64,000 bases of DNA from Carcharhinus amblyrhynchos (Eukaryota). Each line of letters opens with the position of its first letter. Position 1 is the first letter of the stretch. Below are positions 24,681 to 39,206 of this stretch, piece after piece. A program made the position numbers and the translations under genes. Under the pieces are notes generated by a model. It was not told the DNA's origin. It was given only the letters and a program-made list of their open reading frames with translations, and searched no databases. The stretch is taken from positions 54,622,001 through 54,686,000 of the forward strand of contig OZ336875.1 of the NCBI GenBank assembly GCA_965287045.1, given 5' to 3'.

Positions 24681-27600
24681 AAGGTGGTGGAGTTGCATTG
24701 TTGATTCAAAATGATATTGATACAACATTGAGGAAAGATATTAGCATAGATGATGTGGAATCTGTATGGATCAAGTTAAGAAGCAACCAAGGGGCAAAAA
24801 ACATTGGTTGAGATGGTAAGCAGACCACCAAGTTGCAGCAGTGAGGTTGGGAAAAGCATTAGACAGGAAATCAAAGATGCATGTGTTAAAGGAACATCCT
24901 TGATGACCAGCGACTTTAATCTGCATATAGATTGGGAGAGTCAAATTAGTCACAGTACACGAGAGGAGGAATGTCTGGAGTGCATATGAGATGGTTTTCT
25001 GGAGCAATACGTTGAGGAACCATGAAGGGAACAGGCCATATTGGACTGCGTATTGTGCAATGAGAAAGGATTAGTTGGCAATCTAGTTGTGAGTTGGGGA
25101 TGACTGACCATATTGTGGTCACTCAAATTCTTTCTCAAGGTGGATAATGATGAAGTTGATTCTGAGAGCAGGACCCTGAATCTCAATAAAGGTAATAATG
25201 ATGGCATGGGACATGAATTGGCCATGATGGACTAGGAATATTACTGAAAGGAAAGACCATAGATAGGCAATGGCAGGCATTTAAAGAATGAATAGGTGAA
25301 CTCCAGAAATTGTTTATTCCAGTTTGGCGCAAGAGTGGTAAGGGAATTGTGGCGAAACCATGGCTCACAAGGGAAATTAGAGATAGTATCAGATTCAAGG
25401 AAGAAGTATACAAATTGGCAAGAAAATGCAATAGGCTTGAGGATTGGGAGCAGTTTAAAATTCAGCAAAGGAGGACCAAGGGATTGATTAAGAAGGGAAA
25501 AATAGAGTATGAAAGTAAGCTGGCACAGAACATAAAAACTGACTGTAAAAGCTTCTATAGGTATGGAAAAAGAAAAAGATTGACAAAAACCAATATAGGC
25601 CTCTCACAGTCAGAAACAGGAGAATTCATAATGGGGAATAAAGAAATGGCTGAGGAATTAGATTTGTACTTTGCTTCAGTCTTCACAAAGGAAGACTTGA
25701 ATGATGTATCAGAAGTGCTGAGGTAAACATGTTTTAGTGAAGAGCTGAAGAAAATCAGCATTAGCAGAGAAATGGTTGTGAGGAACTTGTTGGGAACAAA
25801 GGTGGATAAATCCCCAGATCCTGATAATCTTCGTCGCACAGTACATAAGGAAGTGTACTTTATCCCAGACTAGTTTAGGGAGTGGCCGTAAAAATAATAG
25901 ATCCATTGGTGGTTATTGTCCAAAATTCTTTGGACTCCTATAGATTGGAGGGTAGCTAATGTAAACCCACTATTCAAAAAGGGAGGTAGAGAGAAAACTG
26001 GGAACTAAAGACCAGTGAGCCTAATGTCAGTACTGGAGAAGTTGCTAGAGTCTATCATCAAGGATTTCATAACTCGGTATTTGGAAGGCAATGGTATAAT
26101 CAAAGTCAGCAACGATTTAAGAACATAAGAAATAGGAGCAGGAGTAGGCCATCTAGCCCTTCGAGCCTGCCCCGCCATTCAATAAGATCATGGCTGATCT
26201 GAAGTGGATCAGTTCCACTTTCCCGCTTTCTCCCCATAACCCTTAATTCCCTTGTCTATCAGAAACCTATCTACCCATGACTTAAATATATTCAGCGAGG
26301 TAGCCTCCAACTGGCAGAGAATTCCAGAGATTCACCACCCTTTGGGTGAAGAAGTTCCTCCTCAACTCTGATCTAAAGTCCTGCTATCCTTTCTAAGCGG
26401 GAAGAATCTCTCTACCTCTACCCTATCTATCCCCTTTATTATCTCATACGTCTCTATAAGATCCCCCCCATCCTTCCAAACTCCGAGTACAGACCTAGTC
26501 TATTTAGTCTCTCTTCATAGTCCAGCCCCCTCATCTCCGGTATCAGCCTAGTGAACCGCCTCTGCACTCCCTCCAAGGCCAAAATATCCTTGCGCAAGTG
26601 CAGCGACCAAAACTGCACACAGTACTCCAGCTGCGCCCTCACCAGTACCCTGTACAGTTGTAGAAAGACCTCCCTACTTTTATATTCTATCCCCCTCGCT
26701 ATAAAGGCCAACATTCCATTCGCCTTCTTGATCACCTGCTGCACCTGCAGACTGGGTTTTTGCGACTCGTGCACAAGGACCCCCAGGTCCCTCTGCACCA
26801 TAGCATGCAGCAGCTTTTCGCCTTTTAAATAATAATCCCTCCTACTATTATTTCTGCCAAACCTCACACTTGATAACCTCACACTTACTAACATTATACT
26901 CCATCTGCCAGGTCCCCGCCCACTCGCTCAGCCTATCCAGGTCTCTCTGCAGACTTTCCACACCCACCTCGCAATTTGCTTTTCCACTCATCTTCGTATC
27001 ATCCAGCAAATTTCGTCACCCTACACTCAGCCCCCTCCTCCAGATCATCTATATAAATGGTAAATAGTTGAGGCCCCAGCACTGATTCCTGCGGCACTCC
27101 ACTAGTCACCAAAGGGATATTGTGCTTGAAGAATCTACTGGAATTTTTTGAGGATGTAACGAGTAGAGTTGACAGAGGAGAACCAGTGAATGTGGTTTAT
27201 TCAGATTTTCAGAAAGCTTTTGACAAAGTCTCACATAACGGACTACTATGTAAAGTTAAAACACATTGGATTGCAGGTAATGTCTTGAGATGGTGAGAAA
27301 GCTGGTTAATAGATAGAAAGCAAAGAGTTGGCATAAATGGATCTTTTCCTGATTGGTAGTCAGTGACTAGTGGGGTTTCGTAGGGATCTGTGCTCGGACC
27401 CCAAATGTTCGCATTATATATTAATGATTTGGAAGAGGGAACTGAATATATTATCTCAAAATTTGCAGATGGTACAAAGTTGGGTAGGAGAGTGAGCTGT
27501 GAGGAGGTTGCAAAGATACTTCAGCATGATTTGGACAGGCTGAATGTGAGGGCATCTGCATGGCAGATGCAGTATAATATGGATAAATTTGAGGTTCTCC

Positions 27601-28388
27601 ATTTTGGTAGCAATAATAGGAAGACTGATTATTACTTGAATGGATGTAAATTGAGAGAGGTGGATGCTCAATGAAACCTTGGAGTCTTTGTGCATCAGTC
27701 GCTGTAAGTAAACGCATAGGTACAGCAGGCAGTAAAGAAGGCAAATGGTGTGTTGGCCTTCACGGTGAGAGTATTTGAGTATAGGGATAGGGATGTTTTG
27801 CTGCAGTTGTGCAGGGCGTTGGTGAGGCCACATCTTGTGTACAGTTTTGGTGTCCTTATCTGAGGAAGGATGTCCTTACTATAGAGGGAGTACAGCAAAA
27901 CTTTACCAGGCTAATTCCTCTGTTGGCAGGTCTGTCTCATGAAGAGAGACTAAGTCGGTTAGGATTATATTCACTGGAGTTTAGAAGAGTTAGAAGGGAT
28001 CTCATAGAAACTTATAAAATTCTAACAGGATTAGACAGGGTAGATTCAGAAAGTATGTTCCCAATTATGGGGGAGTCCAGAACGTGGGGTCATAGTTTGA
28101 GGATAAGGGGTAAATCATTTAGAACGAAGGTGAGGAGAAATTTCTTCATTCAGAGGATGGTGAATGTGCAGAATTTGCTACCACAGAATGTAGTTGAGGC
28201 CAAACATTGTCTGATTTCAAGAAGAAATTAGATTTAGCTGAAGGGACTAAAGAGATCAAGGGATATAGCGGGGAGGGGGGGGGATCAGGACATTGAATGC
28301 AATGATCAGCCATGATCAAAATGAATGGTGGAACAGGTTCAAAAGGCTGAATGGCCTACTCCTGCTTCTAGTTTCTATGTTTCTATGT
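24681..28388 (+). mobile_element. CR1 LINE, most of ORF2 (endonuclease + RT), disrupted and interrupted at 26121-27110
   Basis: GGGVALLI..VESVWI, SDFNLHIDW, PWLTREI, YINDL..SKFADGTK, CVQFWCPY. Tail ctcctgcttctagtttctatgtttctatgt. Confidence 0.95.
26121..27110 (-). mobile_element. Young CR1 copy nested in opposite orientation in an older CR1
   Basis: ORF 26454-26894 is very similar to 43973-44968. The terminal 3' UTR is the reverse complement of about 44980-45060. The host sequence gatttaa|aaaggg is contiguous across it. Confidence 0.95.
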
Positions 28389-30002
28389 AAGCACAACTGT
28401 GAAGGACAATTCAAATCTAAAATTTTGACATTAAAAAGTCTTTCCATTGTGGGCCTATGAACCATGATAAGTATATCCATTACCCCTCGCTGTTGGGAAT
28501 TATTAGGAATGATCCTCTCAGACAAAGTGGAAAGATGCAGGTGTCACTTGCATTTAGATATCCAGTCTTTCCAATCTCTCTACTGATAAGAAGCATTGCA
28601 GATCCACTTAAAATGTCCTGGATATTTGAACCACACAGATTAGGAGGGTCCCAGTTTTTATGAATCACGTCATGAAAGCAAGGGAATTTTGAACTACGTG
28701 GTGAAGGCACTCTGACATGCCATTCGGTAGGGATTTCCAGGAGGTTTTCAAGAACTTGCTTCATCACTACTTTGTTAAGGACAACTGGGGATGGGTAATA
28801 AATATTGCCAGTAATGCAAAACAAATAAAAATAAGTGCCAATGATATCAGGTAAGGAAAGGATTCAGCTCAGCTGTGATTTCTTCCCCCAGCAAGCTTCT
28901 CACCGCAATAATCTTTTGTCATTTGATTGTAAAGCTTCCTTCACTACAACTGCTAAATAATATTTCATCAGGCAAGGAGAGAAAGTTGTCAGACAGATGA
29001 TGCACTACTTAAAAGCCTCAATACACGCATATATATATATTTAAATCTTTGCTCATGTTTAATTCAGCAAAACAAAATGCATTCCTGTGCAACATCTCAA
29101 TCCTTGCAGAATGATAATATTTGCTCAGGAGGAAGGTGGGGGAAGTGGGGGCATGGTAGAGGGAGAGGTGACAAAATGTACTGGACACAAGAACTTGGAC
29201 ATCTTTGGAATAAATTATTTTTATACGTGTTTGCTTCACTATTTTAGTCTAAAATGGGAAGTGCCCTGATACTCTGCATCATTTGCTTAACCATTTAGGT
29301 CATTTTCATTATCTCCATTGGAAAAAAAACTGTCTGAAAATTAGCACCAACTTGGTCAGCTGAGAAAAGTGCAAAATATTCATCAGACGAAATAAAGAAC
29401 ATGCACCAAGGATATTCAGAACTACTTCATGAGAATGCCCAATGGTTAGATAATTTGCAGACCAATCCTAGTTGTAACACAGGAGGAGGAAATTGGAGTG
29501 ATTTCTTTAGTCCCACTTGGGTCACGAATTACATTCTACAAATTTTTGAAGTGTCTAGGAAGATGTTTATGATGAGCTACATAATTTTATTGGATAAATA
29601 AACTCTCTTGCAAAAGTTAAATAGTTCTAATGAACCTGAATCCAGTAATTTCATCCCTTCCCTGTGTTGAATGTGTTTTGCATTGGGCTGATTTAAAGGC
29701 ACAAAGTTATTCCATATCATTCTAAAAGTTATGGCCAGAGCATGTACAAAGTATGTTCTATTTAATTCACTGTAAAAGGTTGAGTATATTCAATTAATCA
29801 TTTGCTTAGTGCACTGAGATTCTGCAATACTGAAACATTACAGATTCTTTAACCATGTTGTTGGTTATAAGAATGTCAACAATGTAATCAATCTATTCAT
29901 GCTCTGTAATACACTAACAAAAGATAAAAAAATTCAGTGCATTTACTTGCTGAATTGCTGTCTGCAAGAATACTTCAATATGATTGGCTGTTTACCCCGC
30001 TT

Positions 30003-30775
30003 AGAGTCAAAGTCACAGAGGTTTACAGCATGGAAACAGGCTCTTCGGCTCAACTTGTCCATGCCACCCTTTCTTTTTGAAAACCCCTAAGCTAATTCCA
30101 ATTGCCCGCATTTGGCCCATATCCCTCTTATACCCATTGTATCCATGTAACTATCTAAATGCTTTTTAAAAGACAAAATTGTACCAGCCTCTACTGCTGC
30201 CTCAGGCAGCTTGTTCCATACACTCACCACCCTCTGTGTGAAAAAATTGCCCCTCTAGACACCTTTGTATCTCTCCCCTCTTACCTTAAACCTATGCCGT
30301 CTAGTTTTAGACTCCCCTATCGTTGGGAAAAGATATTGACAATCTAGCTGATCTGTGCCCCTCATTATTTTATAGATCTTTATAAGATCACCCCTCGGCC
30401 TCCTACACTCCAGAGAAAGAAGTCCCAATCTATCCAGCCTCTCCTCATAACTCAACCCATCAAGTCCCAGTAGATTCTATTCTGCACTCTTTCTAGTTTA
30501 ATAATATCCTTTCTATAATAGGGTGACCAGAATTGCACACAGTATTCCAAGTGTGGCCTTACCAATGCCTTGTACAACTTCTACAAGACATTCCACCTAC
30601 TGTATTCAATGTTCTGACCGATGAAACCAAGCATGCCGAATGCCTTCTTCACCACTCTGTCTACCTGTGACTCCACTTCCAAGGAGCTATGTGCATGTAC
30701 CCCTAGATCTTTTTGTTCTGTAACTCCCCCTAACGCCCTACCATTAGCTAAGTCCTGCCCTGGTTTAATCTACTT
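30003..30775 (-). mobile_element. 5'-truncated CR1 LINE
   Basis: [44 protein letters not shown]. Tail cctgtttccatgctgtaaacctct. Confidence 0.9.
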
Positions 30776-31739
30776 GATGACATCACTGCCAGATGAAGCT
30801 AAGGGATCCCCTGGACTAGGCTCCAGAATCAAACTCATGTTGGGAAAAGGGAAACCCAGGCCAAAGTGATCGCTAGGTCTTGGCAGTTAGCTTTCTTTGA
30901 CACCATCACATCGCCAATTGATGTTGAAATTCAGAGCACTACCTCATTAGTTGAAGCCACATTTCAAGAACAATTAAATCCAAGGCCTGGATTCGCTTTC
31001 TTAACATGTTATTACAATGATTCAAGTTACCGCAATGATTTCTGCTCAACTTAGTTATATATTTTTAACATATATGCTGATAGATTTGCATGGGCCAAAG
31101 AATTTGCTTTCCTAACACTGAAAATGTAACAAGAGGTAAATGAACTCATGCTAATGATATCCGCTGAGAGACCTCACTTCGTTCACTAGGTGCAAAGTTT
31201 AAATTTCCTGGTCATTCCTCTGTAGGTAAGTTTATAAATTAATAGGAGAGCTGGCTGCTACATCATCAAATATAAATAAAACTGAAGAGAACCCTTCAGC
31301 ATCGACAGCCACCAGAAGTGCAAATTGCTTAAACTTTAAGACATCTTCATGTTCCCCTGCTGTGACAGACCAGTTCTTATTTCTAAACTTTCACCATTTG
31401 AAAAAACACATACAGTGGAATCTCACAAGGTGCCCTTGACCAGAGAGAAAACTCAGGGATTATTCAATTCGTATAAATATAGATACCAAGACAATTTCCT
31501 GGCATGTATATTCAGCACATCAATGCATTCTTCCAGGGAACGAACACAGACCGATAAGGAAGAGAGTTAAAACTGGGCTCCTGCTGAAAAATTCTGCCAA
31601 CATTCTTGCACAGCTGAATTGTCAAACAAGATCTGGAAATTCTGGAGCAGATAGATCTCACGTGCTTTGCATAAAGGCTTTCTCTGGGGAACACAGAGCA
31701 TGACTGGGAGAGACTTGTTTTTGTTTTGCAAATTAACTC

Positions 31740-31925
31740 CTTCATCCCTCTCCCTTGAGCTTTGCAATTCCCTCCTTCAACTTCTCTTTCTTTCTCTTCA
31801 CCTTTAAGGTGTCCCATAAAACCTAACCAAGATTTTGGCCACTTATCCAAACATCTCCTTTGAGTTGGCTGATTACATTTCCGTTTTGCATTAAAAGAGT
31901 TATACAACACAAGCTGTTGTTATGG
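31740..31925 (+). mobile_element. L2-like 3' end
   Basis: gcaattccctcc..cctttaag..taaaacc..gattttggccac..tatacaacacaagctgttgtt, similar to 36170-36365. Confidence 0.45.
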
Positions 31926-33529
31926 CACTGTACAGACTGAGTGGAAAGATTAATTTTCCTCCAAACAGCTCTGGGATGGGACTGGCAAAACCAGGACATC
32001 CACTGTATGGATGAGATCAGGTTTATTTCTGACGGGTGTCAATACTAATTTGCTCACCTTATCCTTTTAAGAGTATTGTTAAGGGAAATCTTGGCCAGTT
32101 AAATCAAATTTGACAATGCATTAAGCAGACCAGAGAAATGGTCACAGAGAGAGATTGTTCTCCATACTTGGACAGGACATCCAAAAGGCTCAGCAGGGTT
32201 CATGTCTCTCACACTGACTACCAAGAACAGAGCAGTGATATCTTCTTGGCATCACAAATATCACAACACAAACTCAACACACACCCAACATCGGAATATG
32301 TGTTCGAAGGAATTCCTGGAGGTTTCATCACATGGCCTTCAAATGTCCAATCAAGCTAAACAAACGTTGTTGCATAGTCAATATTTTTAAAACCAAAAAG
32401 CAGGGTGAGAGAAACACATCACCCAAAATTTTATGCAGTGAAATCGGACATGCATCTGACCTGATCTAGCGCAAAAAGGTGTGGGCGGAAGTCAGAAGCG
32501 TGCTCACCAACATTTAGTTTCACTTAAGCCGATAAAGGCCCAATCAATCAACTGGGATTTTTAGTTGCCTGCATGGTTTAACGCTTCGTGCATGGGCTAA
32601 ATGACCAGATGGCCTTCACATTTTTGCACTGTTCTTAATCCAGGGTGGGATTAAATTCCTAAAGATGTCTGAAGATTGAGGAGATAGGAATATTGCTGTC
32701 AGTTGTTTGTCATTGCATCAGAGATAGTTTGTGGCAAATATCCATTAACAATGCTGCAGCTCCCTGAGACATCTCCACAGTGGTTGTCAACATTCAAGGA
32801 AGTTGTGTGAAAGCCCCTATCCAGACTTTTCTCCCCGCTCTCCACATCCCCCTACAGGCCACTTGCTGATCAGCCAGCCATCATGAAATCACTAAGAGAA
32901 GCCAATGGAGAGCAATTTCACATTCACTTCTGGTCTCACCAATCACACTCACCCAACAAAAAGTAAAAATTCAGGTCAATTTCTTCACATATCCCTTATG
33001 ATTTTTCTCCTAGGTCACTTGCAGGAGCATCCAGAAGATCAATCTTTAATTCTTGGAAAATCCAGCACAATCAAGGAATGTTGGCCACCTTACCTAGTGC
33101 TTTCTGGGAAGTTTATTGATGGCAAGGCCAAAAGGAATCTTAAACTATTGTGGGCCAATTGCAAACAGACTCATTTACATATAGATTAGTTACAATTTAA
33201 TACAACTTCTGGCTCTGACTCAAGATATTGTGGGTGGAAGTGAGCATTCACTCCTGGCAAACAGGAATGCTCAAGGGGAAATCAAACCAAATAAATAGTC
33301 GCTCATTTTTCAGCAGGATTCTTCCATAAAGGACAACATTAATCATTATAAGACTAACCCAATTGTCTCTTCTCCTGCTGCTTTTATCCATTGTAATCAT
33401 TTCCATATTTGCCTACACTGTGGGCTTCAAGACTTAATTAACGAAAAAATTTTTTTTGCAGGATTGCATTGATGAATACATCTGAGAATCACACAAGGGG
33501 TACTGCATTTCCCTAAAGTAGTACACAGA

Positions 33530-33965
33530 ATATAGAAACATAGAAAATAGGAGCAGTAGGCCATTCAACCCAGTGAGCCTGGTCTGCCATTCAATGTGAT
33601 CATGACTAATCCTCTACCTCAATGTCATTATCCCCCCCACGTCTCTTGACATTTTTAGTGTCTAGCAATCGATTTCTTTCTTAAATAGATTCAGTGTTTT
33701 GGCCTCCACTGCTTTCCATGGTAGAGATTTCCAAAGGTTCACCACCCTCTGAGTGAAGAGGTTTCTCCTCATCTCAGTCCTAAATGGCTTACCCCATACC
33801 CTGAGACCACAACTGCTTGTTCTAGACATGCAGCCAAGGAAAATATCCCTGCAAAAGGTGTGTCCAGCTCTGTCAGAATTTTATATTTTTCAATGAAATA
33901 CCCTCTCATTCTTCTAAGCTCCAGTGAATACAGCTCTTCCTGGCCCATCTTTCCTTATATGACAA
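33530..33965 (-). mobile_element. CR1 3' fragment
   Basis: catagaaaataggagcagtaggccattc tail and ttcaccaccctctgagtgaagaggtttctcctc. Confidence 0.85.
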
Positions 33966-36169
33966 TCCAGCAGTGTGTGATCCTCCATTTCCAATACAAA
34001 CAGCAAACATGGGATATGGATATGCAAAGCCATTCACCTGACATACTCAGACCAACATGGGAGGGATTCTTTGATATTAATTAATTGGTTTAGTTCAAAT
34101 TTTGGCTGGGGAAGGTAATTGAAGGCTAGAAGATAGCTGGCTTTCCCACCATGGATCTTCATATGCCAAACAATCAACACTCAATAGGTGTGGAATGTCA
34201 TGCACTGATATGTGAAAAGACTCCATTTGTCGTCCAGCCAAGGAACTAAATACTAGTACGTAAGTGATTTATACAACATTAACTTTCACTGAAAATGCAA
34301 CTCCAATCACCTCCTACCCTAACTGTGCTAAGACTTCTCTGGAAACAAAAGACTGATGAAAACCCTTCCCATGTATACTTAATCTGTCATAGAATGACCG
34401 TGGGTGTACAGCACTGGAGAATTCACGGTTTAAAATATTGTTCTCCACTTCACACATGTGCATGCATACTCCAATGGAATCATCTCAGTGCCCATGGCTA
34501 CATACAAAATCAAGTCAACGACACATATTGGAATCCAAAATAACTGAACCATCACCTATTTCAATGCATTATTTCCAGGACCTCAAACCATGGTGCGCTT
34601 TACTTTATTCAGACTGCCCTCCCACCGACAAATCATAGTTTTATAAAGCTCAAGTTTGCTGCCATCTAATCATTTAATTCATGTTCTTTCATTCTTCCCT
34701 AGCCTTTTCAATTTGGATGGCATCACTGAAGCTTACAATATAGTTTGGCCCTTCACAGGATTTTCCCCAATTTAAATAGGACTTCTGTCTCATTTTTGAT
34801 ACAATTGCATGCTTGGCAAAGAGGAAGAAATCTGCAGCATGCCCTGTGTCACCAGACTGACATTACATGGTACAAATCACTTGGCTGTGATTTGTAACCT
34901 GGTTGTCTGACAGTGTAGCCCAAAGAAAACAAGAAAGTATCTGAGTAGCATAGAAAGTCAAATAATAATTTTACCTTAGGGATTTAAAAAAATGAAATTT
35001 TAATCTCTGTCTTTTTTTCAGTTTCTTTTCGATCAAGCAGAGTAAATAATAGAGCTTACACACAGCCATAAAATTAACTTCTCAAATGAATAACTAATTC
35101 AACTTCCTGTGGGAAAAATCCCCTTGTGTATTCTGCATTCAGATCTCATGTCATGTATGTAACAACCCAATTACCACGCACAAAGCTCACAGTTTATCAC
35201 TGGTAATAAGAATGGAGAGACAAGGTTAAAATAAACCAGCCGCATAATGAACTCTTACTGGCTGTTACTGAGTGAGAACAACATTTGCAAACCCTTCGAA
35301 TGCATTTAACTCTCTCAAGGGTTGCGGCATCAAAATATTTATCTAAACAAGTACTGCTTAGTGATTATTCTTTCAAATATGGTCACACTTGCTAAGTTTA
35401 ACATAAGTCAGTCATGATTACCCACCACATAACTTCCACTAGGTGCAAAATGGTTGGCTTGTCATTAGGGAGAAAGTAGTAAGTCAAAGCAAGGAAGCAG
35501 CACATCAGGAGTAACTTGAGCATCCTGCAGCTATTGGGTGAATGAAAAGTTTCACTGATACGTGATCCAACAAGGTCTTTAGATGTAAAGTAAGCGGAAT
35601 CTGTCAATAAATAAGTGAAAATGGGCATCAAGGTTTTAGCATTTCAATGCAATCATGTACAACTTGTCCCAGTTTACTCACTGAATGGAGCAATTCAGTG
35701 CCATTATCCAATCCCCTCAGCCTTTAGTATGCCGAGACACAGACCTTGTTCCATCTACTTTCAAAAGGTTACACATTCAGCAGCTATTCCAAGCAATGTC
35801 CAATCCATTTCCTGCCTAGGGAGTCACTCACTGCCTTTTGTTAATAGTATTTCAGAGCAGAACTGTTCCAAGAAACACAATGTCACCCAACTCAAATGCC
35901 AAGTTCCATCCTCAGACAACAAACTCTCCTCTCTTCTCCCAGAAATTAATAGGCATGAGCAAAACAGGAATAAATGTTTGGTGGTGAAAAGGAGAAGTTT
36001 AAATTCAAATCATTCTGAATCTGGGAATTTTAGGTCGTATAATTTTGAAACTGACATCAGTTAGCCATTACTGCTTCCACAGAGCGAGTGGTTAAGATTA
36101 ATATAAGAGCAATGACAGAGCAACAAATGTTGTCATGATAACTGAAAGAAAAATTATAGCATTATTGAC

Positions 36170-36365
36170 AAGCTCTGAAATTCCTTAAACAACTCCCCTC
36201 TCTCCTCCCTAAGTCGCTCCTTAAAACCTGTCTTTTTGACTAAGCAAATATATATCTAATATATCTTTATGTTGCTGGATGCAAATTCTGCTTGATAATC
36301 ACTCTTGTAGAAAACCTCAGGACATTTTGCTATAATAATAACACCATAAAATGCAAGCATGTGGT
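36170..36365 (+). mobile_element. L2-like 3' end
   Basis: ctccttaaaacctgtctttttgactaagc...ggacattttgctat..aaatgcaag. Confidence 0.5.
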
Positions 36366-36904
36366 GGAGACACCAAGGTAATAGCAGGGTGTTAAGATTA
36401 GCATGCTCTTCTGGTTTCATGACCTGAATGAAAAACACACGCCATTACCATCGTCAGTGCCAATTTTCTCTCTGTTATCCTTCCTGGTACCATACTATGC
36501 TACCAGTTTTTGACATAGTATCATAACTATTTATTTGCCTACACCACATTGAGTGTTACCTCAGCTTCACCGTGGAGTGATATTCAGTTGAATGCTGAGA
36601 CATTGTTTCATTGTGAGGAGCTTCAGCAAAGCTGTCAAACTCCTACTTTCAACACACATAATGTGACAGTTACAAGCTGAAGTTCCTTCGAACAACTGAG
36701 CAGCCTCTGGAGTCTATGAATTAGGTGGTAATGGTTAAACAACAGATTTCACACTGTCCATCGCCAAGTTAGAAGAGAAGATAAATACATAAGTAAAAGA
36801 ATAAAAGACAAGGAGAAACAGAAATGCATAAATCGTTATATATAAAGACAGAGGAGAGAGAATTAATGAGTATTTATATAAGACAGCAAATGAGAAAAAG
36901 AGAG

Positions 36905-37215
36905 GAGTGGCACAGTGGCAAGCAATACTGCCTCACTGTGCCAGGGACCCGGGTTCAAATCTGGCCTTGGGTGACTGTGTGGAGGTTGCTCGTTCTCCCT
37001 GTTTCTATGTGGGCTTTCTCCAGTAGGTAGTACTATGGTCAGAATCTCCCCGTGCCTGGGTGGGTTTCGTCTGGCTGCTCTGATTTACTCCTGCAATCCA
37101 AAAATGTGCAGGTTAGGCGGGTTGGCCAAGCTGGATTGTCCCTTAGCGTCCAAAGTTAGGTGCATTAGCCTTGGTAATGTGTGGGCTTATAGGAATAGGG
37201 AGGAAGCATGGCAGG
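36905..37215 (+). mobile_element. V-SINE with partly duplicated V-domain
   Basis: A-box tggcacagtgg and B-box ggttcaaatc. The tctccc.gt...gtggg segment occurs twice (about 36993 and 37045). Confidence 0.8.
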
Positions 37216-37677
37216 TGAGGTTGACACTGCTTTCCCACTCCAGCTTTGAAAAATGGAAAACTGGCAAATTAAACCCACCGGGGGAGAGGGTGGGGGGTTA
37301 AGTATAGCTCCAGGGAGTACAGAGTTATGCTGAGGGAGGATCCTTTAATCATTTATTATTGATCGGGGTGCCATTTTTATAATCTGTTGCCGAGGTTGCT
37401 GGCGGAGTGGGCTCATTCAGAGCCTGCTCTATCTACCAGTGACATTGTGGGACCTCCTCTTCACTTTTTTATTCAAAGTGTTTATAAATATGGTGGGAAA
37501 AACAGATAAGGCAACTGCAGGCTGCCTTCTGCTTAACACTTTGAAAAAAAGGAAATATTTCAGCTTTTGTGACACGTAGCCAACAAGATGGTAGAAAATG
37601 AACTGGACGAGCCTTGGCCTTCTTATGCCTGGTAATCCTATGGTCTAATTTCAGAGAAACACTGCTAATTTGTCCTC

Positions 37678-37886
37678 GGCTGGGATTTTCTGGCCCTTCC
37701 CATGACGAGATCTGTCAGGCCCACTAAAGGTGAAACTCTTCCGCCAACGGTGGGCTTCTCAGCAGCAGGACAGGCAAGTCACACATAAAATATCATAAAC
37801 ATCAGCAAGATCAGATGCCAGCTGCCAGTGACAAGCCATCTCCACTGACAGAAAACATACAGCGGGGAGGGGGAAAAAGTCCTGCT
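37678..37886. mobile_element. MITE-like element
   Basis: Imperfect inverted termini ggctgggattttc and gaaaaagtcctgct. No TSD evident. Confidence 0.4.
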
Positions 37887-38227
37887 ACTTGTGTGGCAAT
37901 CATGTAAAGTTCTACAATATAATGGTAAGCCAGTAACTCTTTTCCTTTTTATCTGAAATGTCTCCTCCTCACAGAAACTAATCTAGCTCCCATTTGAAAG
38001 GCTGCAGGGAATCCACAGTTCTCACATGTTTGAACTATCAATCCCAGAAGACAATGCCTCCCTGACATCTAAAAAATGCCTAAATTCTAACCTAACCTAA
38101 ATGTTTTGCATGTTTGCAAGTTCTTGCACACTTTAAATAACCTACACAACTAATTAGAATCTAATTCTTCAAACAAGTTGTCTCTAACATCAGCTTGTTT
38201 TAAATTCAACCTTTGGATGTGAGATCA

Positions 38228-39206
38228 CGGGCAATTGCCCTCGAGAAGATAATAATGAGCCACCTTCTTAAATTGTTGTAGTGAATTTGCTGTTGGTTCA
38301 CACAGAATGCTATTGAGTTGGGGGGGTGGTGGATGGTGGTATTTTTGGTGGTGGTGGTGGTCCTTCAAGTTGATAGGAGTTACAAGTTTGGAAGGCGCCA
38401 TCAAAGAAGCCTTGTCGAGTGCAACCCACAGTCCATGTGCTGTGGGTTGACTTACAATGCCATTAGGAAGGGATTCCAGGATTTTGACCCATGACTGTGA
38501 AGGAATGGCAATGTATTTCCAAATTAGGAAGGTGAGTGGCTTGGAGGCCAACTTGCAGATGATGGTGTTTTCATGTATCTGCTGCTCTTGTCCTTCTAGA
38601 TGGAAGTGGTCATGGGTCAGGAAGCTGCTGTCTAAGGATCTTTAGTGAATTGTTGCAGTGCATCTTGTAGATAGTATGCACTGCTGAGACTGACCGTTAG
38701 TTGCAGAGGGATTGAATGTTTGTAGCTGTGGTGCCAATCAAGCGAGCTGCTTTGTCCCAAATGTCTTCAGTGTTGTTGGAGCTGCATCAATCCAGGCAAC
38801 TGGGGAGTATTCCATCACACTCCTGACTTGTGCTTGTAGATGGTGTATAGGCTTTGAGGAGTCAGGAGGTGACTTACTCACTGCGGTATTCCTCGCCTCT
38901 GACTTGCTCTTGTAGCCACTGTGTTTATGTGGTGAGTCCAGTGGAGTTTCTGGTCAATGGTAACCCCAAGGATGTTGACGGGGGGGATTCAGTGATGGTA
39001 ACACCACTGAATGTCAAGGGGCAGTGGTTAGAGTATCTCTTATTGGTGATGGTCACTGCCTGGCATCTGTGTGGCGCAAATGTTACTTGCCACTTGTCAG
39101 CCCAAGTCTGGATATTGTCCAGATCTTGTTGCACTTGAACATGGACTGCTTCAGTATCTGAGGAGTCACAAATGGTGCTGAACATTGTGCAATCATCAGC
39201 GAACAT
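38228..39206 (-). mobile_element. CR1/Zenon-like LINE, 5'-truncated
   Basis: MFADDCTMFSTI..QQDLDNIQTWADKWQVTFAPHRCQA (ORF 38925-39215). The 3' part matches 60050-60270. Confidence 0.9.

Noticed and set aside
26551-26832. Recurrent Cys/Ser-rich ORFs (QNCTQYSSC...), also at 44299-44541 and 27695-27898
   Set aside because: They are antisense shadows of CR1 ORF2, not a gene family.
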